This document shows, piece by piece, positions 42,404-55,388 of a stretch of 64,000 nucleotides of DNA; positions within the stretch are counted from its first letter, which is position 1, and each line of letters starts with the position of its first letter. This DNA is from Raillietiella orientalis. Lineage: Eukaryota. The notes beneath the pieces were generated by a model. The model made no database searches. It was not told the origin of the DNA and was given only the letters and a program-made list of their open reading frames with translations. The translations under genes and the position numbers were made by a program. The DNA lies in NCBI GenBank assembly GCA_036172245.1, contig JAYWIR010000025.1:992001-1056000 (forward strand), read 5' to 3'.

Positions 42404-43656
42404 CGGTCAGAATCCCGGAAGATCATAAACGTAAATTAATACGCTTATTGTATATATGAATGCATAAATTTGCATAGAGATTAATGAATAATTAGTATGT
42501 ATTATAAGGATTGTAAAAAATATATGTATGTGTTTATTGTCGATTTTAACATATACTTATGCGTATAATGGATGTATGTGAACTGAATATATAAGCATCG
42601 AATTATAAGCATATATATTTATCGAACGATCAAAATCCCGAAAATGGACTTGATTATTCCCTGAGGAAGTTGCATTCGTCGAGTGTCGGAAAATGAAATA
42701 CGAAATTTCCTTTTTTTTTTCAATTTATTTGCTTTTCTATTTTTTCAAACTATTCTTTGTTGTTGCAACTATTTTTCATTTTTTTAAAATCGGTATCTAC
42801 ATACTTATTGCATATTTTTTACTATGTACATGAACATACATTTATGTGCATAATAAACGTAATGAACGTATACATTTATTTTTATAAACTTCACTATATG
42901 TATTAATAATGTATACTAATACATATTATTAAGTATATCATTAAATGTACATATTAAAATGAATTTGTACATCAATCTATATATTAATTTTTCTATCAAT
43001 ATGCATATTCATATATATAATCAACATATGCATTTATTTTTTATATTCTCCGTAATACATATTGCTCTCTATACAAATGCAAATATTACTATATATAATA
43101 AACACACTGTCAATTATATTCCAATATATAATGATCATATATATTTATTTTCCCAGTCTTTATAGTATATATTATAAAAATATAACATCTACATACAAAT
43201 ATATATATATATATATTTAATATATAATAAGCGTATCATTAACTTTATTAATAATATGTAGATTTGTAAACATTAACACACATGATACGTTGAAATAATA
43301 TCCCTAGTAATGGTATGTCTGTTAAAAAATATCAGCAAATAATGTATGTAAATATATAAACCAGTATAGATAAAAAACACATGTATTTATTTTTTATAAT
43401 CTTTAGATCATACATTAATCTATACGCTAAATTCATATATCAATATGCATATTAATATATATAATAAACATGTCTATTAATTTTTATAATACTTATATCG
43501 TATGTTTATTTCCATATTAATGTATGTCTAATAAAAGTATTATAAATTGTATTAATGATATGCATGCTAAAATAAATTTGCATATCAATCTACATACCAA
43601 TATGCCCATTAATACTACATGCATTTATTTTCAAGATCTTTCGGAATTCTGAGCCG
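42404..43656. mobile_element. MITE-like AT-rich non-autonomous element with imperfect TIRs of about 34 bp
   Basis: Left end cggtcagaatcccggaagatcataaacgtaaat; right-end reverse complement cggctcagaattccgaaagatcttgaaaataaat; very AT-rich non-coding interior. Confidence 0.65.
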
Positions 43657-45003
43657 AACAGGAATTTTTCAGCCTCTGCAGCAAACGTACGATTGACACG
43701 TTTTCGAAAGATCACAGGCCTCTCAGGTCACGTGTTGCTTCCCACATGGAGCAGCTTTCCGGGGTTTGTCTCCATCCCCTTTTACCATTCGGAGGAAGGA
43801 AGCTTTTCTCTCAAGTCATGGATACGGTCTCCAGCCTCCACCCGTCATTCAGCTGCAGAGTGGCGAATTGCAGGGTGCCGTTCGCTTGCCTTCTTTCCAT
43901 TTGAGACTGAACTTCGCGTTTTCGCTTCCTTCTTCAGGAAAGGAAGGGGTCGGTGGTGGGGAGGTGGGGGGGAGATACCTACCCAACTGGAATGCTGTGA
44001 ATGAGCACTGGACTTCAACGAGCTTAGCGACAGGCGAAAGGGACAGCGGCACTTTTTGCGCGTGCGTTTTGCGAAGGCCTCGAAGACATCTGTCTTTTCA
44101 TTTTGTCTGTTTCTTTTCTGGACCACCTCGATCCATAAGTCTACTTTCCTTTCAGCTTCTTCTGTTTGCATTTTTCAAACTGATGCGAGCGCCTTCTCTC
44201 AATCCCAACATGTGGAAAACCTCGACTCGACTCTTTCGCATTTTTTTTCCGACGCAGATTGCATCGGAACCTCGCTGCAGATTCCTGCTTGAATCACCTG
44301 AGCCCGGCGTGATTGAAACGGGATAGGGAGAAAGTACCGTCTCTGCTGGAATGTTGGAAGCTGAAGCTTCGGAGATCGGTCTAGACCAAGTGAGCCAGCT
44401 TCACTCTTCAAATAAAGGCAGTCCATGTTACTTGAACTCGAGAGGCTGCCAGAGCACTGGTTAAGCTTACCTTCTGCCACCTAGAAGCTATCACGAGTTT
44501 CCTGAAATGAAAGGTAATTACCTGATCCAGAATTTCACAACCGATAGGATTTCTGAAAGGCATGTGACAAATCATGATGACCTCGCTGGTTGTAGCAGAT
44601 TGGAAAAAAAAAAGAAGAGAGATTCTGGAAAGTTGGCGCTGTTTGAGAGATTGGATCTGCTCGAGTCTGTAGCAGACATCGCAATGTGTGTCGCTTTTCA
44701 AAAAGCATGATTTTGTATACAATGTATCCCGCCCATGTCGATTTTATTAATGATGAATTAATTATAGTAGCGAAAATTAGGGGAAGGAAAACAAAGCGTT
44801 CTGCAAAGGCAAAACGGAGCTCTTGTTTCTGAGCAAAAGATTGCCATAGGCAGTCCCTCGCAAGGATCATACTTCAAAAATAACTCCAGAAGCGATTTTT
44901 CTGAAGAGCTGTTGATGACATAGGGTATGCATAAAATCGTGTTGTAGGATGAAAGTCACATTCGTAGAGACTTGATGCTGTTCCTGGAAGGAGAAAAAAA
45001 AAA

Positions 45004-45028
45004 ACACACACACACACACACACACACA
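45004..45028. repeat. (CA)n microsatellite
   Basis: acacac run after a poly-A tract. Confidence 0.9.
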
Positions 45029-45699
45029 AGAATCCTGCGTATCCTTAATGAATGACATTTGGGGACATTCTGAGTTCTTTTACTTGCCTCACGTTCCGAA
45101 GCAGGCTGCACAGCAGAACGTGTTTTGCCTGGAAGTGGCTTACTGAAATGACATTCCTGACCTTGAACTTCAGAGAAGCCGAAAACGGAAGCACGGGATG
45201 CGAACTTCCCCAACGAGGCCTAAAACCCTGTTGCAGCAGCTTACAAGCAGTGCTTTGAAGGAGCAATGAAACCATGAACATCTTCCTGTTGCTCGTTCTC
45301 AGTGGATTGGAAACGCTTCCGAGCAGCTCAAAAAATCAAACCACTGTGCTTCATCCTCCACAGGGTGCACGCGAGAACATGCTAAAGTGTCTGCACGCAA
45401 AGGTGTTCGGTATCGCAAGCAAAGAGTTTCCGTTCTCCGTTACACGTCTTTACAGAATCGGCAAGCAGACGTTTTCCTCCAGGAATTGTTTATCCGGCTG
45501 AGGAAGCATTCATCGGGAAAGCTCCATCTGTCCTCATCTTCAGATATGGGCTCCTGACAGAATCACGAAAAGCAGCACGAAGAAAGCCGGAAACGAAAGT
45601 CCGGTGTCTCCTGAAGCATGACGCAGTAATTTAGGATTTTCTTTTTTTATTGAAAATACAATGGCAAGAATAGTGTACAAGAGAGTGTGAAGACACTTT

Positions 45700-47000
45700 G
45701 TCCTACTACAATCTCTACCAGATCCGCAAATCAGCATCGCGTTCGAGAAGAATGGACCTCACCTGAACTGATTCCTTAGTGTCGAGAGCGTTCCTAATGG
45801 GAGCAATGGAACTCTGGTCTAGATGGCTAGATTGGACAATGACATCCCCTTGCTTTGATCGACCAGGCTTGCTTTTTTCCCTTTCCATGACGTCGTTGCA
45901 CAATAACTGCTGTGGAGCTTCAGATCCACGGAGGAGAGTTGAAACCGCTGGAAGGCGCGGGGACCGACACTGTCGGTAGACATTGAGAACAGGGTTTTTC
46001 ACAACACGGAATGACTTGTCCCCTTCTCTCCACTAATAAATTCACGGGAAAATATGACGTCATTTTTGTGCATCTCGAATAATGCAATGGTTATTCAGCC
46101 TTCAGATTGCTTGCCATGGGTCGCATCCTTCTCTTGGATGAGTTGCCACAACATGACTGATATCTCAGATGTACGGCATCTTTGTCGAATTCCAAATGGA
46201 GGCAAGGACTGGGATAACGGACTCCTCCCATCTGTAGAAAGCCAAATGAAGAAGGGAAGCAAAGTGTGGGTGCATCCGAACAGCTCAGAGGACGGCCAGA
46301 TTCCTAGTGAAGTGGGAAGCGCAGTGAAATGGAAGCTGTGCAAGGGAAGGGAGGCAAAAACTGTCTGAAGTAGCAGGAGGGTCAAGAACGGACACCCTCA
46401 AGCCGATGAGAGACTTCCAGTGGCAGAAATGCAGACATAGCTGACGTAGACGGCTTTGTCTGCACACAGGTTCCAAGACAAAACTTTACGACACAAAACA
46501 GTCTCTGGATGGCCGATGCGGGGTCCGATCTCTCTGAAGTTATGAAGCGGTTTTCTCTAACTGTCGCCATTCTTCTGCTGAGGAATGCGTATCTTCACTG
46601 TTTTTTTTCTTTTTTTTATTGCTTGGTGTTTCAACCTTGAAGGCTCTTTAACTTTTCTATGCATCGACAAAAAAGGCTGCTCCTGCCACTTTGTGAGAGG
46701 ATCTTCCGATTGCTGTCTCAAAGTTAAGTTCTCTGGTTGCATCTCGTGTTTCGAAATCTGACCAATGATGCATTGTTCGGTGATGAAACACGTGCTCTGC
46801 CCTCAAGCATTGTTGGAAAACGTGCGTTCATGATGGTCCTCTTTGATCTGTCTCCAAGCAACAAAGAGACCACATGCCCGGCCACCTTGCATCATGCTTG
46901 CAACAAGTGCCGATCCACCATCCTCATCTGGCATTCTCTTTCGCTTGCTGCCATTGGTGTCTGAGAGGAGAAAGAAAAGATGCGTCCTGCCTGCCTTTCC
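45700..47000 (-). mobile_element. Highly decayed LINE RT
   Basis: Ordered remnants on the minus strand: RKVKEPSRLKHQAI, PFGIRQRCRTSEI (cf. GIRQGCPLS), LLCNDV (cf. YADDV). Confidence 0.35.
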
Positions 47001-47832
47001 GAGCACCACCCCGTTTTCTATTCCGTAAAAGCTCACGGACCGAAAGAGTTCATCATTCGTCTTCCGGAGCTCGATGACAAACTTCTGAACCATGGAGAGG
47101 ATGTTAAATGAAGTTTTCAGTGCAACAGTCAGAAGTTTATGCGGTACCCACAAAGAATCTTAGTCTCGGAATCAGCAACTTTGGGGAGGAATGTCATTTT
47201 TCTTTGTTTTTCAGTCTTTACTGCAGCGGCTATTTCTTTTTGGGCGGAAGAAACTACTTGCCTACGTTTCGAATCAGTCGGACAGTTATCTTTGACCAGA
47301 GGACAGTTGGCTCTTCTGAAGATGAAGCTCGCCTGTGCTTTGGAGAGCAGTGCCTCCCTTCCTTTCCTTCTTGTGTATCTCTTCGCCTCTCGGTCTTGTG
47401 GCTAAGACCTTTAGAGCATTTCGTCTTTGTATTCATTCTAAAAGATCGCCCGCGTCTCGTGAATTCTTTTCCTACCGGAACGCTCCAGGGTTCTCTCCGG
47501 GGACAAACAGAAGTGAAGACGGGACAGAGCAACCTGGAAATACTAACTGATTCAGGTTGATGGCTTCAGTACTTGTGGAAAATTTGCTTTTTTTTTTATT
47601 TCGTCAATTATGGAACTGCGTACCAAAGAAGCATCTCCATCTTCAAAGGAGTCGCGGACAACCAAATGGACCAATTATGTTCCGTTTGTACCATGGATTC
47701 TGACACAAGGCTTTGTACGGATGGATCAGAAAGCATAAAATCCGATACTTGAGAATTTATTCCACCCACAGAAGAGGGACGTTCCAACTAATGACCTCAG
47801 ATTGTAACCACTAATCCCCCTTTTCATTTGTA

Positions 47833-47874
47833 CAGTAAGTTTATATATATATATATATATATATAAACTTACTG
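47833..47874. repeat. Palindrome: (TA)n flanked by inverted arms
   Basis: cagtaagttt-(at)n-aaacttactg; a partial second copy starts near 47910. Confidence 0.85.
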
Positions 47875-48499
47875 AACTGATAGTTCAAGTGAAAGATGAA
47901 AGTGGGGGGACAGTAAGTTCATATATTCTTATATATATATATATATATAAAGAGCAAATAGATACTTTAGTGGCGTATTGGAACTTCAAGAGCTCGAGAT
48001 TGTAACTCTGAAGAGAATGACTTCATCTGGAACGTGTGTAAGCCACAGTTCTCGTGGTCCCCCGCGAACGTGATCACGCTCCGTTCTTTTCCATTAGCAA
48101 GAGGACAGGCATGCTTAGGATGAGAGTGCGTCTTAAGCGAGTGGCTCAAAGGCCGGGGGCATTCCATTTGTCCGTGGGCAGCCGGCCTGCTGGTGTGCGT
48201 CGACCACGAACCCACCGGTTATTCAAAGCGACTGCACGCAGTAATCGAGGCGCGAGAGAAGCAGCTCGCACGGAAACGGTGAAGGTTGGGCGCCATGGAT
48301 ACCCGCTCCGGCCGGCGACCAGGAATACCGTGGTGCTTCCCGTAGACTCGAAGCGAATCCGAACGCCGGTTCCCCGCTTCCCATTTCCGGTTTTTTTTTG
48401 CGACTGTGAACACCGCCGGAAGCGTTCGGCCGAGCAGCATGCTGCACACCATCTGAATCGCCCCCCGTGCCTGCAGGTATGACCCGGATTGCATGCAGA

Positions 48500-50000
48500 G
48501 GGTTGGGTCCTGCCGTCTCTGGGTGGAATCGTGGGAAGCGGGGGGGAGGGGAGGAAGGGATGCCTCGAGGTCGTCCGGCTGTCCTCGGCTGTCCGGCCGG
48601 CTGGTCCCAAGAGGGGCACACGCGCTTTCTTGCCGGCTTTCTCGTTCCGAGAAAGCAGAGAACGAAGTGCTCGGCAGAGCGCGTGCACTCTTGGTGTCTC
48701 TGCACCGGGACCTTGGCGGTTTCCAAGAACTGCTGGGAGGCTGCACCTACTCTTGGGGGTGGGTGGGAAGGCGCCTCAGGAGCCGGCACGCAGCCACAGC
48801 GGAAGCAGCCGCCTCTCTCCGCTCCTTGACCACATCACCTCCTCTTTCCCCGGAGTGTCCAGAAGGAGCACTTTCTGTGTCACAGCACGGGAGGGGGTGG
48901 AGGATCGAAGAATCCGTTGTCCCGTGTCACGCCAGCCTCGCGGGAGGAGGGAAAGAGGTGCGAAAGAGGAGGGGGGGGGGGAACGCCGCTCGGCTCCGTT
49001 CGAGTCGCTGCGTTTGCTGCCGCCGGATGGAGGCGTGAGCGACCAGCGTGGCGCACGCGCTCTCCTTCCCCCACGGGAAGGGAGGGAGCAGGGAGAGACG
49101 GCCGAAGGTAAAAGTGCGCTCCTTGGACCGGAAGCCATCAATCGAGGAGTTATCAGTTCCAGCACGGGATTGGACTTGAGGCATCTGAAATGCCATTTTC
49201 GTCACCGCTCCGCTTGGTGGCGCGAAGGCGGAGTCTTCACTCCATCCCTCCCTTGTCACGGGGCAGGTGGGTCCTCGGAGTCCGTTCCCGTCGTGATCGC
49301 CCCGGGATGCCTTCTCGAAGCTGAGGATCACTCTCGCCGGAACCCTTTTTCTTTCCTCCTTTTCCTTCTTTTTTGAGGAGTTGCACGGGGGTCGCCGGCC
49401 CCGGAGGATTTTTTTTCTCCCTCTCCTCCCCCGCTCGCGCCGCAGTCAGTGGCACGCTGCGAGGCCGAGCCGGAGCCGCGGACAATCTGTATGCGTGAGG
49501 CGGCGATCCAGGGACTAGACCTTCCCGGAGCGCCGTAACCAGCGAGCAGGGTCGTCCCGAGTTCGCTGAAGAGAGTGCTCTGGGTGCTAGCTCTCCCGGC
49601 AGGAGGAGGATCCCAGGGAGCCCCTCCTCCCCCGACTGGGATCCCGGGATTATCGAGAGGCGGCAGGCAGCGGTCGGCGTCCGGAACGCCTGCCGAGTCG
49701 CAGGGCGAAACCTCAAGGTCAAAGAATCGCTGGATTCTTCGATGTGTCCTGTAGTCATTCGACCGGGGTGGGGAGGAACATTTCGAGGCCTCGTTCATCG
49801 GGGGACCCAGGAACCGAGCGGAGGGAACGGACGACGGGGACCACGTCCTCTTCCCCTGGGCCGACGTTGACCTCGCGAGATATCTCCGAAAGTCAGGGAG
49901 CGCGGGACTTGCGCACTGCGATCCCTTCCCTCCCCTGTTCAGATGACCACGCGCCGTTGCCTCTGATTCGGTTTGGGTCTCGAGGCAGGTGAACCTTTCG
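48500..50000. mobile_element. Two tail-to-tail remnants of the GC-rich LINE-like family (+ about 48500-49380; - about 49400-50000)
   Basis: 'GPEAINRGVISSSTGLDLRH' (+) and 'GILLLPGELAPRALSSANS' (-) align with 'CFFTPGGLSLGAVIATTCCILRH'. Confidence 0.35.
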
Positions 50001-53000
50001 ACTCCCTTCGACAGCCGAATTTCTCCCCTATCCCGCCGCAGACCTCCCCCACCCTTCCAACGAAAGCTCCTTCTTCGACTTTCCCTCCGCCTCCCCACGA
50101 CTCGATTCCCATCGCAAAGGGTGCGCCGCAGCGGGTCCTCAGTCCTCTCTGAAAGCCGGAAACCTGGAAGCCGCAAGGCTCCCGCCGAGGCGGGAACGCA
50201 GGGAGCTACAGGCGCGCTCTCGCAGGAATGCGACCGCACGGCCCGTCAGGAAGCGCGAACGGGGGCGCCTCTCTTCCTGAGGTACCTGGCAGGTGCACTT
50301 CGGGCTAAAGCCCCGCCGGAAACTGCTCCGGCGAGCGGATGGAGAGAGAGGGCAGGGGAACCTGGAGTCCAGGAAGCGCCCCGAATCCCGGAAGAAGGAT
50401 TCCCGGTTCGGCAAGCCTCTCCTAGCTTCGCCGAAGGAGGGAAAAAAAAAAGCCTCGTGGAGGAAGGGAGGAGGGGGGACGAAATTTTTTCGAGGGTGGC
50501 GGCGGCGGCGGCGGCCCGGGGTAGCTGTGGATTCCCCGACTTCAGTTGGACTCCACAACCGGGAACGATCGGACGGAATGCTCAGAGAGACCGCGAGCCC
50601 TCGGGGAATTTGACCAGAATTCTACAGCACTCCCCGCCTTCACGCGTGGTTCGCTACGCGGCGGCGGAGAGTCTAGGAGAGGGAGGCGTCCGGCCCTGAG
50701 GAACCTCCCATGCGCCCGGACTTTGCGGGACATTCTTTGAGGGGGGAGCCTCCGGCGGATGGCAGGGACCGCTTCCTCGAGAGCAGCTGGGAGGCAGAAG
50801 CAGCAGCGTCGGAAAGCCACCCGTCTACATGGAAAGGCTTCGTCGTCGTCTTCCGGGAGGTTCTGGACACGAAACTCTCGAAGTCTCAAAGGAGGTCTCC
50901 GTCTCCGCCATCGGGTGCTGCCTTCCTGACCCCCCACCCTCACCCCGAACCTTCCCCCACGAGTGCGAGGGGTAGGGATCCCGTGGGGAAAGATCTCTCC
51001 GCGCGCGCTCACAAGAACCTTGCTAAAGGAGTCTTCGAGGACTCCCTAGGAGGGTCCTCAAAGTCCTCCCGTGACGAGGAACCAGGGGTCTCAGTTACCT
51101 CCCAGTCCGCGGGAGAAGGTGTACAGGCCGGCAGTTTCAGGTCGCTGAAAGCAAAGGAGAAGCACTTCCGGTGCAAGAAGGATGAGTGGTAGGACCTTTG
51201 TGGAACATCCTCGAAATGTCGGCACTGCGGGTCCTGGAAAGGCCTCTTTGTGAAGTGATTTTCGCGGCTTGGGATGCGTTTTGTGGGAGCCGGGACGAGA
51301 GGAACTCAGAGGTCGCAGCTGCAACGGTTTTAACGGGACCACGCGTGGCAGGAGGAGTCCCACGTCGACACGCCACTTCGATCACGTAGCCGTCCTCTCT
51401 GGCTTCTTCGGGAGAGTTTCCCAGCGCCGCGCCTGTTTCCCCCAGGCATGAAGGTTTGAGGCACCGGAAGGGCTGATTAACGCAGAGGCTGCTTATGGAC
51501 GCGCGTGCAGAGCGAGAGTGAATGCGTGTTCGACGGGAGTACGGTGACCTCTGGTACGAAGGCTACTTGGAGCGATCCCGCACTGGAGGAACAGGAAGAC
51601 ATCCAGCAGGGAGTTTGAGAACCGGCAGGCACAGGGATGCCAAGTTCGATTTCGAAGAGCGAGCGGTTTCGGGAGCGAATTTCTTCAGAGTTCACACGCT
51701 TCGATGGTGCGTTACATCTGTGTCGGTTCCGTGAGTGCGAATGACTTAACCCTAAAGGACTCAGAGCTTCTCCTTCTAACAGACTGAATCACCGCTGAGG
51801 AAGAGCTACAGTTCTAGACAACACTACCAGCACCCATCCACCCTCACGCAAGCACTTTTCTTTTTTTAGCCCAGCCGTGCACATGTTCGCACAGCCTTCG
51901 ATGAAGGCAGATGAATGACTCTGATTAAACCACGACCTGATACTCAAAGTTGTCTTCCTCTTCCTCACTCGCCTCTGCAACTCTCGTTTTCTTGGAGATC
52001 TCAGACTGCAGCTGCGTCGATCCAGTGCAAACCAGCAAGTGCAAATCGAAACCCATGTTCTTGTCCTTCGTCGATTGGAAATTTCCATTTTTTTTCCCCT
52101 CCTCCGTTCCAGTCACAAGCCAGAGTAGTGGAATTTGCATTCTCGGTCCTTGAAAAAGAGACTTCATTCAGACACTTGAGTGAGTCCCTCGTGATTTCTT
52201 GCATGTAGCCGCGAGATGCACGAAAGCACGGATGAGAACCACCCACCCGTGCTTTCGTTGCAGCTTGTGCAGCCGTGCGTGAGGTTAACCGTTTCGATGA
52301 ACTAGCAGGAGGTGACGTGTGGTGCTTTCGAATGCGTTGGGAGGAATGCGGCCACTGGACTACCCTGCTCAAATGGTGCGCGGGAAGTCCGTGTTCATCA
52401 ACACCATCCGCGCCTGCCATGATGACGAAGTGTCTTGCAATCATCTATGGGTTCGCTTCAAACGAGTTCGGATGGTCCTCACTCCTCCATGAATCCTTCT
52501 TATGCTGAGATTGGTCACGGAGTCTCCCGGTTGGAAGTTCCAGAGATAGTGTATGCAAGCACACAATCTCAACACAGGACAACGTGTTTGTGAGAAAGTG
52601 AGGTTCGGCTCTGTTCAGTGAAGAGAAGGACTCGAATCTTCCTTGGGTTGCCTTTTCGTGTGATCCTATATTGAATTTTCGAGTCTTAGGTGTTTCATTA
52701 TGTAAAAAAAAGGTCTGTTCTCCGAGGAGACCCATTCCTTAATCTAGGTAGGAGTCGGAAAGTCCATTCCCAATTTCCGGCTAATCAAGACGGAGCGGAC
52801 GCGAGAAGCTCTCTGAGGGTGCACATCCGAAACCTCGACCTTCCCACAGTCATCTTGAGGAAAGACTCGAAAGGCGCGGTGCATCCCAATGGGCCTCGAT
52901 CAGCATTCGAAGCTGAGCACAAGAACGAAAGGTGCCACTTCCGGATGCCATGGCAGCACGGCCTCCAACGCAGGCAAATGAGCTCGAACAACTTAATGTA

Positions 53001-53081
53001 CAAAAAGCGTCTTCCGAGAAACAAGCACTGACTTATTCAGGGAAAGAAGAAAGAGGAGCTCAAAGGAAGCTGAAAAAGAAA

Positions 53082-53132
53082 AAGTTTCCACCGTGAGATC
53101 TTGTCAACTGCATGATCTCACGGTGGAAACTT
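53082..53132. repeat. Perfect 19-bp inverted repeat with 13-nt spacer
   Basis: aagtttccaccgtgagatc-ttgtcaactgcat-gatctcacggtggaaactt. Confidence 0.9.
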
Positions 53133-55388
53133 CTGCTGCCTTTGATTGAAATCGACCCGAGAACAACACGCAGACGGCTGGCCTCTTTAAACTTCCGGTA
53201 GACGGAAGAAGACTCATATTAGAAAGCGGTTGTCGGAGGATGGACATGGATCCTGTCTGAACACCAAGGGATCTTCCAAGAGCTCATGCTCCCGAGGACA
53301 CATTTCGGATCCTTGAGCTCAGTCTTCGGTTTGCTCGGTGCTTGAAAGAACTCCTTCGGGAACGGTAGCAGGCTGTTGCTCGCTCCTGCTGAAACACTGC
53401 GCTAATTCCTCTTTAGGTTTGCGTAAACTGTGCTTCTCTCCGGCAAGTTTTGAGGAAGTATAAAGAGTGGATGAAAAATATTCGTATCAGGTGATGCCAG
53501 GAAGTACACCGCACGTGTCTTTATAACTAGCGATGGTTTCCAGCATTCGAAGAATCTCACAAAGCATCGAAGAATAAGAATTTCTGATCATTGCCGCATC
53601 TCTGGCTCGCATTCTCCATGAAAAACAGTCAGACAGTGGAAGCCCTTCTAGCTCCCCTAGATTTCTGATGTTAAGAGCCCGTGTCAGAAATGAACTTTGT
53701 ATCGATCAGCTAGTTTTCTCTACTTGTGTACAGAACCTTCCAAATACATTAGGCACGCTTTAAAGAGAAAGGGAAAAGTCACATCAAAGGGTTCTGATGC
53801 TATGGAATAGGATTCCGTATTTCAAGAAAAAGACCACTAACATCAAACGTACTTGGGACTGCTTAATGAAGAAGTTCTGCGCGCTTCAGCCATGATGAAA
53901 TACAGACGTTGCTTGCAGCCAGATCTGCTGTGACGGTTTCTTCATTTTATTTTATGAGAGGGTGTGAGAATCGCCTAGGAAAAATTTTCATAGAGTTAGA
54001 AACAGATTCGGAAACAACTTGCAGGAAACGTAATCACCACGGTTCGGAGACCAAACCACTCACTTGAGGTCTAGGAAACCGACGGATTGATAGGTCGATC
54101 CGTGAATCATTGCAACACATTCCATTCATGAGGTTTCCAAGTGTCTTCCTTTAGAAGTATTCAGCCGAAATCATTTTCCAGTTTTGTGGGTGCTCCATCC
54201 CTAGATCTAAGTCTCCCTACGGCCGACTCCGAATATCGACCACTGTTTTCTCCCAAGGGATTCTTAGGGCTATTTGACCTTATTACTCTCTGTCCCTACT
54301 TTTTTTGAGAAAAAAAAAAAAGCAAAGAAAAGTTTCTTAGTTGGTCACAGTGATGGGGGCGGAAACCTTTTTCCTTTATCCTATGTAAGTTGAAAACCCT
54401 GTTTTCCTTGGAAGTGCAAATCACATCGCAGTCCGGTTGCAGTGGTGGGGAATTTTCCATCTTCGGAAGAGACTTGGCTCGTACAGTAATGCATTCTGAC
54501 TCTGAGAGCTCTTCAAAGCAATAGCTCGAGCATTTTCGTGATGGTTCGGTTTCCAAGCTCATATATCCCAATGAGCAAGGCAAAAAATCAGTAGAAGGGA
54601 TTTACGTCTCTGATCTGGCAAAGGGAAAATGAGCGCACACCTTACCGGGATCTCGAATGTGAACATTCTAAGGCCATCTCCCGACAAAATGATTTAAGAT
54701 AAAACTGCTGACCCCTCCGAGCATTCATCTCATTTTAATCTTGTACTACATCGTCGATGCCAGAGGCCGGAAGTCAGCACGCATTAAGATGAGCGTAAAA
54801 TTGAATGGATAAATGGAGATGGATGGATCGTTTTGCCAATTTTCGCAATTTTCCTGTGTTTTGCATTGCAGACTTTCTTGGAGGTGCAATTGCCATTCTT
54901 CCTTCATGTGCTCCTGCTTGGTCTGCGATGCCCTGCATTTCTTCAGGCATTTCAAAGTGAGAACGTGTGAATTGCAGCAAAAGGACTGGACGGCTGCTGT
55001 CTCACAGATCATTCCCCATCTAGCGAAACCTCAGTGCACTTTTACCATTTCTTCTGTCGAGGAAGCTAGTCCTTGCTAGGATTTATTGCGTCCACCAGTA
55101 CCAGAGGTTAACCAGATTCTTCTGCTCTTCGTCTGGTGAGTATTCCCTATTAAAAATAACTCGAGTGCTGCAAAAGGTTCAAGTGCCTCCGTTTGTTTGC
55201 TCTCCTTCTAGATTCCAGTCGCCAACTCTCCTGGATTTTGTTTAGCATTCTGTGCAAAAGACATTTTTTCCGGGTTGCGATCACCGTTTGAACTTTTCAG
55301 CGATCGCTTTCAGTTCCCTGCATTCAAAAGCTTCCGGCACTTTCTCATCGAAGATTCTCCCTGATGATTCCAAGATGAAACCCAAGTG

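Noticed and set aside
48146..51400. Many overlapping long ORFs (130-300 aa) on both strands
   Set aside because: Stop-poor GC-rich sequence with LINE remnants and no coherent protein.
53094..53115. TGAGATC bantam-like seed in the hairpin
   Set aside because: It runs into the loop rather than lying on a 3' arm, and the rest does not match bantam.
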